In this document: in pieces, positions 34,983 through 45,307 of the stretch
Numbering within the stretch: the stretch's first letter is position 1
Layout of the letters: the number at the start of each line of letters is the position of its first letter
Assembly (NCBI GenBank): GCA_900545495.1
Contig: UQZJ01000001.1
Location: forward strand, 22,727-86,726
Length of the DNA stretch: 64,000 bases
From: an uncultured Eubacteriales bacterium
GTDB taxonomy: Bacteria; Bacillota; Clostridia; Oscillospirales; Oscillospiraceae
Direction: 5' to 3'
Made by a program: the position numbers and the translations under genes
Notes under the pieces: generated by a model
The model's database searches: none
Told to the model about the DNA's origin: nothing
The model's input: only the letters and a program-made list of their open reading frames with translations

Positions 34983-37583
34983 ATGGCTGAGCTGACCCCC
35001 ATGATGCGCCAGTACATGGAGATCAAGGAGCAGAATCCCGACTCCATCCTGTTTTTCCGTCTGGGTGACTTCTACGAGATGTTCGGCCCCGACGCCCGCA
35101 CGGCGTCCCGCGAGCTGGATCTGGCTCTGACCACCCGGGACAAGGACAAGAACAAGTCCTTCGATGAGAAGATCCCCATGTGCGGCATCCCCTACCACGC
35201 CTCCGACGCCTATATCGCCCGTCTTATCGCCAAGGGCTACAAGGTGGCCATCTGCGAGCAGACGGAGGATCCCGCCGCCGCCAAGGGGCTGGTGAAGCGG
35301 GATATCATCCGCGTCGTCACCCCCGGCACGGTCATCGACGAGTCCTGCCTCAGCGCCGAGCGCAGCAACTATCTGTGCGGCGTGTATCTGGACGATACCG
35401 GCGCGGGGCTGTGCGCCTGCGACGTGTCCACCGGCAAGGCGCAGGCCACGGTGTTCACCGGCCCTGACCGGGTCCGCGCCCTGCTCAATGAGCTGGGGCG
35501 GTTCGCCCCCGCCGAGGCGGTGATGAACGAAGCGGCCTATTTTGACGAGACGCTGCACCGAACGATGCAGGAGCGCTTTTCCTGCCACATGGAGAAGCTG
35601 TCCGCCGCCCGGTTCACCCCGGAGGACGCGGAGAAAAAGGTGCGCACCCAGTTTGGCCAGGAAGCGCTGGAGCGTCTGCCCCGGGACAACATGACGCCGC
35701 TGCTGGCGCTGGGCGGTCTGCTGGGGTATCTCTATGAGACGCAAAAGACCGATCTGAGTCACCTCGACCAGCTGACATGGTACCGCACCGGGCAGTACAT
35801 GGAGCTGGATCTCACCGCCCGCCGCAACCTGGAGTTGACGGAAACGCTGCGGGGCAAGGAAAAGCGCGGCAGCCTGCTGTGGGTGCTGGACAAGACCAAG
35901 ACCGCCATGGGCGCCCGCAACCTGCGGGCATGGCTCCAGCAGCCGCTGGTGGACGTGGCCGCCATCGACCGCCGGCTCAGTGCCGTGGCGGCACTGGCGG
36001 AGCACACCGTAGCCCGGGAGGAGCTGACACTGGCTCTCAGCGGCATCGCCGATATGGAGCGGCTCATCGGCCGGGTGGTCTACGGCTCTGCCGGCGGGCG
36101 GGATCTGGTGTCCCTCCGCGCCTCCATGGCGCGGCTGCCCGCCGTCAAGGCGCAGCTGGCCGCCTTCCCCTCCGGTGCGCTGCACCAGTTGGATCAGCAG
36201 CTGGAGGATCTCAACGATCTGGCCGCCCTGATCGGGCAGACGCTGGTGGACGAGCCGCCGTTCTCCGTCCGGGAGGGCGAGATGATCCGGGACGGCTTCG
36301 ACCCGGAGGTAGATCGTCTGCGGAGCATCCTCCACGGCGGCAAGAGCTTTCTGGCGCAGATGGAGGCGGAGGAGAAGGAAAAAACCGGTATCCGCACCCT
36401 GAAGATCGGCTACAACAAGGTATTCGGCTACTACATCGAGGTATCCAACTCCTTTAAGGAGCAGGTACCTGACCACTATATCCGCAAGCAGACACTGGTC
36501 AACGGCGAGCGCTACATCACCCAGGAGCTGAAGGATCTGGAGCACGACGTCCTCACCGCCAAGGATCGGGACGCCGCGCTGGAATACGAGCTGTTCTCCG
36601 CCCTGCGCGCCAAGCTGGCGGAGTCCGTCACCCGCGTGCAGCTGGCCGCGTCCCTTATCGCCCAGCTGGATACGCTTTGCTCCTTTGCCGCTGTGGCGGT
36701 GAAGAACAACTACTGCCGCCCCTGCGTGGACGAGTCCGGCGTCATCGAAATTCAGGCCGGACGGCATCCGGTGGTGGAAAAGATGCGCTCCGACGCCCTG
36801 TTCGTCCCCAACGACACCCTGATGGGCGCCAAGGAGGATCGGGTCAGCATCATCACCGGCCCCAACATGGCCGGTAAGTCCACCTATATGCGGCAGGTGG
36901 CGCTGATCGTGCTGATGGCGCAGGTGGGCAGCTTTGTCCCCGCCCACGACGCCCACATCGGCGTGGTGGACCGCATCTTCACCCGCATCGGCGCCAGCGA
37001 CGATCTGTCCGCCGGACAGTCCACCTTTATGGTGGAGATGACGGAGGTGTCCGACATCCTCCGCACCGCCACCAAGAACAGCCTGCTGATCCTGGACGAG
37101 ATCGGCCGCGGCACCTCTACCTTCGATGGGATGTCCATCGCCCGGGCGGTGCTGGAGCACTGCGCCGAAAGGCTGAAGGCCAAGACGCTGTTCGCCACCC
37201 ACTACCACGAGCTGACGGCGCTGGAGCAGACGCTGCCCAACGTCCGCAACTACAATATCGCGGTCCGCGCCCGGGGCGAGGACATCATCTTCCTGCGCAA
37301 GATCATCCCCGGCGGCGCCGACCGCAGCTACGGCATTGAGGTGGCCAAGCTGGCGGGGCTGCCCGACAGCGTCCTCAAGCGCGCCCGCGCCATTCTGGAG
37401 GAGCTGGAAAGCCAGTCCGGCCGTCCCGCCCCCGTCGCCGCGCCGGACGACCAGCTGTCCCTGACCGCCATGGCCGAGAGCGAGGTGGCGGAGCTGCTGC
37501 GCCGGACGCAGGTGGACTCCCTCAGCCCGCTGGAGGCGCTGAACCTTCTGTACGACCTGAAAAAACGACTGGGGAACGGATGA
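34983..37583 (+). CDS. mutS: DNA mismatch repair protein MutS
   Basis: MAELTPMMRQYMEIKEQ..., Walker A GPNMAGKST, 866 aa. Confidence 0.95.
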   Translation: MAELTPMMRQYMEIKEQNPDSILFFRLGDFYEMFGPDARTASRELDLALTTRDKDKNKSFDEKIPMCGIPYHASDAYIARLIAKGYKVAICEQTEDPAAAKGLVKRDIIRVVTPGTVIDESCLSAERSNYLCGVYLDDTGAGLCACDVSTGKAQATVFTGPDRVRALLNELGRFAPAEAVMNEAAYFDETLHRTMQERFSCHMEKLSAARFTPEDAEKKVRTQFGQEALERLPRDNMTPLLALGGLLGYLYETQKTDLSHLDQLTWYRTGQYMELDLTARRNLELTETLRGKEKRGSLLWVLDKTKTAMGARNLRAWLQQPLVDVAAIDRRLSAVAALAEHTVAREELTLALSGIADMERLIGRVVYGSAGGRDLVSLRASMARLPAVKAQLAAFPSGALHQLDQQLEDLNDLAALIGQTLVDEPPFSVREGEMIRDGFDPEVDRLRSILHGGKSFLAQMEAEEKEKTGIRTLKIGYNKVFGYYIEVSNSFKEQVPDHYIRKQTLVNGERYITQELKDLEHDVLTAKDRDAALEYELFSALRAKLAESVTRVQLAASLIAQLDTLCSFAAVAVKNNYCRPCVDESGVIEIQAGRHPVVEKMRSDALFVPNDTLMGAKEDRVSIITGPNMAGKSTYMRQVALIVLMAQVGSFVPAHDAHIGVVDRIFTRIGASDDLSAGQSTFMVEMTEVSDILRTATKNSLLILDEIGRGTSTFDGMSIARAVLEHCAERLKAKTLFATHYHELTALEQTLPNVRNYNIAVRARGEDIIFLRKIIPGGADRSYGIEVAKLAGLPDSVLKRARAILEELESQSGRPAPVAAPDDQLSLTAMAESEVAELLRRTQVDSLSPLEALNLLYDLKKRLGNG

Positions 37584-37640
37584 CAATCCCCGGTATGCTG
37601 TTTTACGAAACCGAACTGCCCTTGAAAGGAGGCTTTTCCC

Positions 37641-39683
37641 ATGCCCCAGATCCAACAGCTCCCGCCTCATCTGGCCGATCTGATCGCCGCCGGTGAGGTG
37701 GTGGAGCGTCCCGCCTCCGTGTGCAAGGAGCTTCTGGAAAACGCGCTGGACGCCGGTGCCTCCGCCATCTCCACCGAGCTGGAGCGAGGCGGCCTGACCT
37801 ATATCCGCATCACGGACAACGGCTGCGGCATCGCGCCGGAGCAGCTGCCCACCGCCTTCCTGCGCCACGCCACCAGCAAGCTGCGCCGCCCGGAGGATCT
37901 GGCCGCCATTGGCACGCTGGGCTTCCGGGGTGAGGCGCTGGCCGCCATCGCCGCCGTGTCCCGGGTGGACATCTTCTCCCGGCAGACCGGCGCGGACTGC
38001 GGCGCTATGCTCCATCTGGAGGGCGGCGTGCCGGAGGCTGTCACCGAGGCGGGTTGTCCCGACGGCACCACTGTCTGCATCCGCGACCTGTTTTACAACA
38101 CCCCCGCCCGGATGAAATTCATGAAGAAGGACACCGCCGAGGGCGCTGCCGCCGCCGGTGTAGTGACCCATCTGGCGCTGAGCCATCCTGACGTATCCTT
38201 CAAGCTGCTGCGGGACGGGCAGGAGATCCTGCACACCCCCGGCGACGGACAGCTGCTGTCCGCCATCTACGCGGCGCTGGGCCGTGATTTTGCCAACAGC
38301 CTGCTGCCCGTGAGCGGCAGCGGCGGCGCGGTGCGGGTGGAGGGCTTTATCACCAAGCCGCTGGCCGGTCACGGCACCCGCGGCCGCCAGCTGTTCTTCG
38401 TCAACGGCCGGTTCGTCAAGAGCCAGCTTCTGGCCGCCGCCGTGGAGGAGGCCTACCGCAACCGGCTGCTGAAGGGCCGGTTCCCCGGCTGCGTCCTCCA
38501 CATTACGCTGCCGGTGAACGAGGTGGACGTCAACGTCCACCCCGCCAAGACCGTGGTGAAATTCCTGTCCGACAAGACTGTGTTTGACGCGGTACACTAT
38601 ACCGTCAAGGACGCACTGGACCGGGAGGGGCAGTCCGCGCCTGCGGAGAAAAAGCCCTTCTACCAGACCATGACGGCCCGGGAGTTCCGGGAGACGGCTC
38701 CCGCCCCGCAGGGCGTGAAGCTGCCCTTTGTCAGCGGCAGGCCCGTCGGCTCCGCCGGAGCCGACCGTCCCACCGTCAACCGTTTTGCGCCCGCCGCGCC
38801 GACGGTGCAGACGCCACGCGAAACGGTACAGCCCGCCGCTGCGCCGCAGGGTGACGTATGGCAGGTGCAGGACGCCGCACCGGAGGCCGGGAAAGCCTTC
38901 ACCGTCCCCAGCGGGCGGGAGGGCGTTGTCTACCGCATCACGCCGCCGGACGCACCGGAGGATAGCCCCGCCCGCGAGCGGGCTGCCGCTGAAACGGAGA
39001 CGGAACCCGCCGCCGCGATGCCGGAGGCGGCAGGCGCAGACGATACGACCCTTTCCGCGCCGGAGGCCGCTCCCGCCCAGCAGGAGCTGGAGATGCCGGA
39101 GACGGCGGACAGCGGTGAGACGCCGTGGCGCATCGCCGGTGAGGTGCTGAAGACCTACATCATCTGTGAGGACGGGGAGCAGAATGTATGGCTCATTGAC
39201 AAGCACGCCGCCCACGAGCGCATCCGCTTTGACGCGCTGAAGGCGGATCCGGTGCCGCCTATGGCCCAGCAGCTGCTGACCCCCGCCGCCGTGACGCTAA
39301 CCGCTGAGGAGTACGGCGCGGTGCTGGAGTCGCTGGACGTGCTGGCGGGCTACGGCTTTCTGTGCGAGGATTTCGGGGACGGCGCCGTGCTGGTGCGGGA
39401 GATCCCCGACTACATACGGGCGGAGGACGCCGCCGCCACGCTGGAGGAGCTGGCGCGGAAGCTGCTTTTGCAGCGGGCCGACCCCGCCGGTGCGCGGGAC
39501 GAGCTGCTGCACACCATGGCGTGCAAATCCGCCATCAAAGCGGGTATGACCACCGACGCCGCCGAGCTGGCGGCGCTGGTGCGGCAGGTGCAGTCCGGCG
39601 CCGTCCGGTACTGCCCCCACGGCAGACCCGTGGCGGTGCAGCTGCGGAAATACGAGGTGGAGAAGATGTTCAAGCGGGCGTGA
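37641..39683 (+). CDS. mutL: DNA mismatch repair protein MutL
   Basis: GHKL ATPase N-terminus IQQLPPHLADLIAAGEVVERPASVCKELLENALDAGAS and a C-terminal dimerisation/endonuclease domain. Confidence 0.95.
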   Translation: MPQIQQLPPHLADLIAAGEVVERPASVCKELLENALDAGASAISTELERGGLTYIRITDNGCGIAPEQLPTAFLRHATSKLRRPEDLAAIGTLGFRGEALAAIAAVSRVDIFSRQTGADCGAMLHLEGGVPEAVTEAGCPDGTTVCIRDLFYNTPARMKFMKKDTAEGAAAAGVVTHLALSHPDVSFKLLRDGQEILHTPGDGQLLSAIYAALGRDFANSLLPVSGSGGAVRVEGFITKPLAGHGTRGRQLFFVNGRFVKSQLLAAAVEEAYRNRLLKGRFPGCVLHITLPVNEVDVNVHPAKTVVKFLSDKTVFDAVHYTVKDALDREGQSAPAEKKPFYQTMTAREFRETAPAPQGVKLPFVSGRPVGSAGADRPTVNRFAPAAPTVQTPRETVQPAAAPQGDVWQVQDAAPEAGKAFTVPSGREGVVYRITPPDAPEDSPARERAAAETETEPAAAMPEAAGADDTTLSAPEAAPAQQELEMPETADSGETPWRIAGEVLKTYIICEDGEQNVWLIDKHAAHERIRFDALKADPVPPMAQQLLTPAAVTLTAEEYGAVLESLDVLAGYGFLCEDFGDGAVLVREIPDYIRAEDAAATLEELARKLLLQRADPAGARDELLHTMACKSAIKAGMTTDAAELAALVRQVQSGAVRYCPHGRPVAVQLRKYEVEKMFKRA

Positions 39684-39709
39684 CCCCTTGACGCACAGGA
39701 GGTGAAGCA

Positions 39710-40654
39710 ATGGCGCAGCGGGTGGTCTGCGTGGTAGGCCCTACCGCGTCGGGCAAGACAAAAATGGGCGTGGCGCTGGCCAAGCGCTTCAACGGTGAGG
39801 TGGTGTCCGTGGACTCCATGCAGATCTACCGGGGCATGGCCATCGGCACCGCCGCTCCCACCACCGAGGAGATGGAGGGCATTCCCCACCACATGATCGG
39901 CGTGGCCGACCCGGCGGAGAGCTGGTCGGTGTCCCGCTTCACCCAGGAGGCCGACCGGTGCATACAGGATATCCTCTGCCGGGGAAAACTGCCCATTCTG
40001 GTGGGCGGCACCGGCCTGTATCTGGATGCGCTGATACGGGGCAATACCTTTGCCGCCGGACAGCAGGGCGGCGCGGTGCGCCGGGAATTGCAGGCGCGGC
40101 TGGCGCAGGAGGGTGCGGCGGCGCTGCTGGCGGAGCTGGCGGCGGTCGACCCGGAGACGGCGGCGCGGCTGCACCTCCGGGATGAAAAGCGCATCCTCCG
40201 GGCGCTGGAGGTCTACCGGGAGACGGGCGAGACCATCAGCGAGCATGACCGGAAAAGCCGGGAGACGCCTGACCGCTACGACGCCCTGTACATTGGACTG
40301 AGCTTCCGTGACCGGCAGGATCTGCGCGAGCGCATCGACCGACGGGTGGACGTCATGGTGGAGCAGGGACTTCTGGATGAGGTACAGGCGCTGCTGGGCA
40401 GCGGTCTGCCTCGGGACGCCACGGCCCTGCAGGCCATCGGCTTCAAGCAGTTTCTGGCGGTGGCCGACGGGACGGCCGCCGTGACCGATGCCGTGGAGGA
40501 GGTCAAGCTCCGCTCCCGGCAGTACGCCAAGCGGCAGCTGACATGGCTGCGGCGCAACCCGGATATCCACTGGATCCTGTGGGAAAAAGAGCCTGATTTT
40601 CCGCAGGCTCTCCAAAATGCGACAGAATTCCTCACCGCCGCCGGCGTATGCTGA
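39710..40654 (+). CDS. miaA: tRNA dimethylallyltransferase
   Basis: P-loop GPTASGKT and [16 protein letters not shown]. Confidence 0.95.
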   Translation: MAQRVVCVVGPTASGKTKMGVALAKRFNGEVVSVDSMQIYRGMAIGTAAPTTEEMEGIPHHMIGVADPAESWSVSRFTQEADRCIQDILCRGKLPILVGGTGLYLDALIRGNTFAAGQQGGAVRRELQARLAQEGAAALLAELAAVDPETAARLHLRDEKRILRALEVYRETGETISEHDRKSRETPDRYDALYIGLSFRDRQDLRERIDRRVDVMVEQGLLDEVQALLGSGLPRDATALQAIGFKQFLAVADGTAAVTDAVEEVKLRSRQYAKRQLTWLRRNPDIHWILWEKEPDFPQALQNATEFLTAAGVC

Positions 40655-40712
40655 GAGCGGCGGACGGAGGACAGGCCTATCGTCCGCACACAGACATAAA
40701 GGAGCAGACGAT

Positions 40713-40952
40713 ATGCAAAAGACAAACAATCTTCAGGAGATCTTCCTCACCCGCGCCCGGAAGCAGAGCATTCCCGTGACCATCTTTCTGGTCAACGGCT
40801 TTCAGCTGCGGGGCGTCATCGCCGGCTTTGACTGCTTTGTGGTCATTCTGGACTCCGAGGGAAAGCAGCAGGTCATCTACAAGCACGCCATCTCCACCAT
40901 TGCGCCGCTGCGGCCGGTGGAGCTGCGGGAGGACGAGACGCCGGAGGCGTAA
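40713..40952 (+). CDS. hfq: RNA chaperone Hfq
   Basis: AAAGGAG RBS. Sm1/Sm2 motifs ([30 protein letters not shown]). The upstream in-frame extension overlapping miaA is spurious. Confidence 0.9.
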   Translation: MQKTNNLQEIFLTRARKQSIPVTIFLVNGFQLRGVIAGFDCFVVILDSEGKQQVIYKHAISTIAPLRPVELREDETPEA

Positions 40953-40997
40953 GCCTCCGGGCGCGCAGGACGGACATAGAACGCAAAGGAACACACC

Positions 40998-42206
40998 ATG
41001 AAAAAGACATCCCCTCTCATGAAAATACTGCCCATCGCCGTGCTGGCGGCGGTGCTGGTCTATTTCGCCATGCAGCTGTACAACTACCTGTCTGACCCGG
41101 TGAACACCACGCTGGTGGTGGCGGGACAGGCGGAGGACACCATCGCCCTCAACGGCTGGCTGCTGCGGGACGAGGAGGTGCTGCCCGCCCAGAACGGCAC
41201 CCTCAGCCGGGTGCGGCAGGAGGGCGAGCGGGTCGGCGTGGGGCAGGTGCTGGCCCGGGTCTACGCCAATGACGGCGCTTTGCAGACCGTCAGCCAGATC
41301 GAGACGCTGGAGCTGCAGCTCCAGCAGCTTCAGTTCGCCCTGACGTCCTACCTGAACCCGGACGCGGCGCTGAAGCTGGATACCTCCATCACCGGCGATA
41401 TCCTGACGCTGCGGCAGTCGCTGACCGGCGGCGACTACACCGCCGCGGAGGGCGATATCGCCCCGCTGAAGGCCGCTGTGCTCAAGCGGGACCACTCTTA
41501 CGCCTCGCAGGAGGAGATCCAGACGGAGATCAAGTCGGTGGAGGGGCAGATCAAGTCGCTGGAAGCCTCCCTCTCCGGCACCACCGTCACCGCCCGCGCG
41601 TCGGGAACATATTCCGCCGTCTGCGACGGGTACGAGACGGTGCTGACCAAGGCGTTTCTGGAGGACGTGACGCCGGGAAAGCTGGCGCGGCTCCGCCCCG
41701 TTGACGAGCAGAGCAACATGGGCAAGCTCATCTACGGCGACACATGGTACTATGTGGTGACGCTGCCGGAGGAGCAGGCGAGCTATCTCAAGTCCCAAGG
41801 TGCCGTGACACTGCGGTTTGCCAAGGGCTTTGACCAGAACATCCGGATGCAGGTGGTATCCGTGTCCGCGCCGGAGGACGGTCAGGCGGCGGTGACGCTG
41901 TCCTGCCGGAAGTATCTGGCGCAGACCACGCTGCTGCGGCATCAGGCGGCGGACGTGATCCTGCGCACCTACGAGGGGCTGCGGGTGCCGTCCAACGCCC
42001 TGCGGGTCAGCGAGGAGGGCGTCACCGGCGTCTACTGCGTAGACGGCAGCACCGCCGCCTTCCGCCCTGTGACCGTGCTGTATCAGGGACAGGGGTACGC
42101 GCTGGTGCGCGCCGCCGACGGGGCGTCCGACACCCAGACGCTGCGGGTCGGCGATGAGGTCATCGCCACGGCCGGTGCGCTCAGCGATGGAAAGGGCATA
42201 CGATAA
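40998..42206 (+). CDS. HlyD-family membrane-fusion/secretion-adaptor-like protein (single N-terminal TM, coiled coil, beta-barrel)
   Basis: N-terminal TM (ILPIAVLAAVLVYFAM) and a coiled-coil segment (QIETLELQLQQLQFALTSY). No partner ABC/RND pump lies in the window. Confidence 0.5.
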   Translation: MKKTSPLMKILPIAVLAAVLVYFAMQLYNYLSDPVNTTLVVAGQAEDTIALNGWLLRDEEVLPAQNGTLSRVRQEGERVGVGQVLARVYANDGALQTVSQIETLELQLQQLQFALTSYLNPDAALKLDTSITGDILTLRQSLTGGDYTAAEGDIAPLKAAVLKRDHSYASQEEIQTEIKSVEGQIKSLEASLSGTTVTARASGTYSAVCDGYETVLTKAFLEDVTPGKLARLRPVDEQSNMGKLIYGDTWYYVVTLPEEQASYLKSQGAVTLRFAKGFDQNIRMQVVSVSAPEDGQAAVTLSCRKYLAQTTLLRHQAADVILRTYEGLRVPSNALRVSEEGVTGVYCVDGSTAAFRPVTVLYQGQGYALVRAADGASDTQTLRVGDEVIATAGALSDGKGIR

Positions 42207-42249
42207 CGGACGACGATCCGGTCAGAAATACAAAGAGGAGGAACTTCTC

Positions 42250-42945
42250 ATGTCTATTGCGGAGAATATTGCGGCGGTACGCCGCGAGATCGACGAGGCA
42301 GCCCGGGAAACCGGCCGCACCGGTGGGGACATCACGCTGGTGGGCGCCAGCAAGATGAACGACGACGACGCCTGTCAGGAGGCCATCCGCGGCGGCATCG
42401 ACGCGCTGGGTGAAAACCGCGTGCAGGAGATGACCGCCAAGCTGGCGGAAAACGGCTACGACGGCGCACCGCTGCACTTTATCGGCCATTTGCAGCGCAA
42501 CAAGGTCAAGCAGGTGGTGGGCAAGGCCGCCCTCATCCAGTCCGTCGGCTCTCTGGAGCTGCTGGAGGAGATCGAAAAGCAGGCGGACAAGCTGGGGATC
42601 GTGCAGGATATCCTGCTGGAGGTGAACATCGGCGGCGAGGCTGCCAAGAGCGGCTTTGCGCCGGAGGCGGTGGCTGAGGCCGCCTCCCACGCCAAGGAGC
42701 TGGCCCATGTGCGGGTGCGGGGTCTGATGACCATCCCCCCTGCCAGCGCCACGCAGGCGGAAAATATGGTATATTTTCAAAAAGTACACGCGCTATATGT
42801 TGACATAAATCAAAAAATGTACGATAATAAATTAGATTATCTATCCATGGGCATGAGCGGCGACTTCGCCGATGCCATCCGCGCGGGCAGCAACATGGTC
42901 CGCGTGGGTACTGCCATTTTTGGCGCCAGAGACTATACAAAATAA
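42250..42945 (+). CDS. yggS: YggS/YlmE-family PLP-binding homeostasis protein
   Basis: AGAGGAGG RBS. PLP lysine in GASKMN. Alanine-racemase N-terminal fold, about 231 aa. It precedes sepF as in the Firmicutes ylm cluster. Confidence 0.85.
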   Translation: MSIAENIAAVRREIDEAARETGRTGGDITLVGASKMNDDDACQEAIRGGIDALGENRVQEMTAKLAENGYDGAPLHFIGHLQRNKVKQVVGKAALIQSVGSLELLEEIEKQADKLGIVQDILLEVNIGGEAAKSGFAPEAVAEAASHAKELAHVRVRGLMTIPPASATQAENMVYFQKVHALYVDINQKMYDNKLDYLSMGMSGDFADAIRAGSNMVRVGTAIFGARDYTK

Positions 42946-42963
42946 CGCGGGAGGTATTTTTCG

Positions 42964-43428
42964 ATGGGCTTCATGGACGAACTGAAAAAGATCATTCATC
43001 CCTACGATGACGAGGATTACGATTACGAGGACGATTTTGAGGAGCCTTCCAGAGACTCCCGTTCTCCCTTCGATGACCGCAAGGAGGATCGCCGCAGCGA
43101 GGAGCGGCGCGCCGATGACCGCCACAACAAGGTGGTGAACATCCACGCCACCACCCAGCTGAAGGTGGTGCTGGTGAAGCCGGAGCGCTTCGAGAACGCC
43201 TCCGAGATCGCCGATCACCTGAAGGAGAAGCGGACGGTGGTGCTGAATCTGGAGTCCACCAACAAGGACGTGGCGCGGCGGCTCATCGACTTCCTGTCCG
43301 GCGTGGCCTATGCCGGCGAGGGGAAGATCAAGAAGGTGGCCGCCAACACCTACATCATCACACCGTACTCTGTGGACATTATGGGCGACCTCATTGACGA
43401 GCTGGAAAACAACGGACTGTACCTGTAA
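42964..43428 (+). CDS. sepF: Cell division protein SepF
   Basis: Acidic N-terminus and conserved C-terminal FtsZ-binding domain (VVLVKPERFENASEIADHLKEKRTVVLNLE). Confidence 0.9.
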   Translation: MGFMDELKKIIHPYDDEDYDYEDDFEEPSRDSRSPFDDRKEDRRSEERRADDRHNKVVNIHATTQLKVVLVKPERFENASEIADHLKEKRTVVLNLESTNKDVARRLIDFLSGVAYAGEGKIKKVAANTYIITPYSVDIMGDLIDELENNGLYL

Positions 43429-43465
43429 GTACGGCGGATAAAGAAAGGGATCGGAGGGTTCATCC

Positions 43466-44146
43466 ATGTTTACACCGCAGGAAGTTTCTGAGAAGGTATT
43501 CCCCAAGGCGTCGTTCGGCGGCGGCTACAGCATGAGTGTTGTGGACGAGTTTCTGGACGCGCTGACGGAGGATTATTCCACACTGTTTAAGGAAAACGTC
43601 ACGCTGAAGGCCAAGCTGAAGGTACTGGCGGAGAAGGTGGAGGAGTATCGCTCCACCGAGGATGCCATGCGTCAGACGCTGCTGACCGCTCAGAAGATGG
43701 CCGCCAAGCTGGTACAGGAGGCGCAGTCCGAAAAGGACACGATGCTGGCGGAGGCCAGAGCGGAGGCGGCGCAGGAGGTGGCGCGGCTGGCCGATGAAAC
43801 AAAGGCCGCCGAGCAGAAGCTGGCCATGGCGCAGGAGAAGCTGGCGGACTTCATCCGCCGCAGCGACGAGCTGTGTCAGGCGCAGTCCGCCTTTTTGCAG
43901 ACGCTGCCGGAGCTGGAGCTTGTCCCGGCACAGCCGGCGGCGGATGCCGCGCCCTCCGACGCGGTGGTCAGCGGCATCGAGCAGGATATCCTGACCCAGT
44001 ACGAGACGCAGGCGCCGCAGCAGGAGGCAGCGGACGGGGAGCATGACGCCAAGCTCCCGCCGGTGGACGGCAGCGCCGCCCCCAACGAATTTGCCTTTGA
44101 TCTGGGCGAGCTGAAGTTCGGCCGGAACTACGGCGGCAAGGAATAA
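43466..44146 (+). CDS. divIVA: DivIVA domain cell-division/pole-targeting protein
   Basis: MFTPQEVSEKVF...VDEFLD N-terminal lipid-binding motif followed by a long coiled coil. Confidence 0.85.
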   Translation: MFTPQEVSEKVFPKASFGGGYSMSVVDEFLDALTEDYSTLFKENVTLKAKLKVLAEKVEEYRSTEDAMRQTLLTAQKMAAKLVQEAQSEKDTMLAEARAEAAQEVARLADETKAAEQKLAMAQEKLADFIRRSDELCQAQSAFLQTLPELELVPAQPAADAAPSDAVVSGIEQDILTQYETQAPQQEAADGEHDAKLPPVDGSAAPNEFAFDLGELKFGRNYGGKE

Positions 44147-44239
44147 CCCGAAACCATCGAAAAGGCGGCCTCCCGGCCGCCTTTTTTCAAAGCGTGCGCC
44201 CCGCCGCCCCAGACAGGAAAAACAAGGAGGAGAGCAGAG

Positions 44240-45121
44240 ATGACGGAGAAGCCTATCATTGCGCTGCTGTACGATTTTGACAAGACGCTGTGTACCACCG
44301 ACATGGAGGATTACGCCTTTATCCCGGCGCTGGGCTACACCCCGGCGGAGTTCTGGAGCAAGGCCAACACCTTCGGCCGGGACAACCGGATGGACGGCCT
44401 GCTGGCCTATATGTACACCATGATCGAGGAGTGCCGCGCACAGGGTAAACGGCTGGACCGGGAGCTTCTGGTGCGCTGCGGCCACAACATCGAGCTGTTT
44501 CCCGGCGTGCGGGAGTGGTTTCGCCGCATCAACCAATTCGGCGAGACGCAGGGCGTGTCCATTGAGCACTATGTGATCTCCTCCGGCCTGCGGGAGATCA
44601 TCGAGGGCAGCGGTATCGCCCACGAGTTCCGGGAGATATACGCCTGCGAGTTTTTCTACAACGCGGAGGGGCTGGCTACATGGCCCAAGCTGGACGTCAA
44701 CTTCACCAACAAGACCCAGTTCGTCTACCGCATCAACAAGGGCGTACTGGACGTGTCCGACGATAAGACGCTGAACGACTCCATGCCCGACGACAGCAAG
44801 CGCATCCCCTTCACCAACATGATCTACGTGGGCGACGGACTCTCCGACGTGCCGTGCATGAAGATGATGCGGGCCTACGGCGGGCAGGCCATTGCCGTGT
44901 ACCAGTCCGGCAACCGCGCCGGTGTGGAGGATCTGCTGAGCAAGGGGCGGGTGGACTTCATCTTCCCCGCCGACTACCGGGAGGGCCGCGGACTGGACAA
45001 CACGGTGAAGAACATCATCCGCAAAATGGCCATCAGCGATGCGCTGGCCGCCGAAAATGTCCAGCAGCTCCAGATGATCGGACGGGGCGACCTGCCGGAG
45101 CAGGTGGGCCTGTTCGAGTGA
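44240..45121 (+). CDS. HAD-superfamily hydrolase
   Basis: DxD nucleophile motif LYDFDKTL, motif III/IV YVGDGLSDVPCM. Confidence 0.75.
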   Translation: MTEKPIIALLYDFDKTLCTTDMEDYAFIPALGYTPAEFWSKANTFGRDNRMDGLLAYMYTMIEECRAQGKRLDRELLVRCGHNIELFPGVREWFRRINQFGETQGVSIEHYVISSGLREIIEGSGIAHEFREIYACEFFYNAEGLATWPKLDVNFTNKTQFVYRINKGVLDVSDDKTLNDSMPDDSKRIPFTNMIYVGDGLSDVPCMKMMRAYGGQAIAVYQSGNRAGVEDLLSKGRVDFIFPADYREGRGLDNTVKNIIRKMAISDALAAENVQQLQMIGRGDLPEQVGLFE

Positions 45122-45141
45122 AACAGGCAACAGACCAGAAA

Positions 45142-45176
45142 AGCGTCCGCGCACACCGTGCGCGGGCGCTTTCTTG
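45142..45176 (+). terminator. Terminator hairpin after the HAD gene
   Basis: AGCGTCCGCGCAC-acc-GTGCGCGGGCGCT followed by TTCTTG. Confidence 0.6.
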
Positions 45177-45263
45177 TCCTATGCAAACAGGTGGATGCCA
45201 TCCACCGAGCGCAGGTGCGCTTTCAGGTCGTCCAGCAGCAGCTCCGCCGCCTCTCACGAAGCG

Positions 45264-45307
45264 ACAGGGTCGGACACCCATGGTGTCCGACCCTGCCTTT
45301 GTTTTCT
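45264..45307 (+). terminator. Second stem-loop with U-tract abutting the Fe-ADH stop
   Basis: CAGGGTCGGACACCC-atg-GGTGTCCGACCCTG followed by CCTTTGTTTTCT. Confidence 0.5.

Noticed and set aside
34917-39215. 1432-aa minus-strand ORF
   Set aside because: Antisense to mutS and mutL, both clearly real with RBS and motifs. Long open frames on the opposite strand are expected at ~65% GC.
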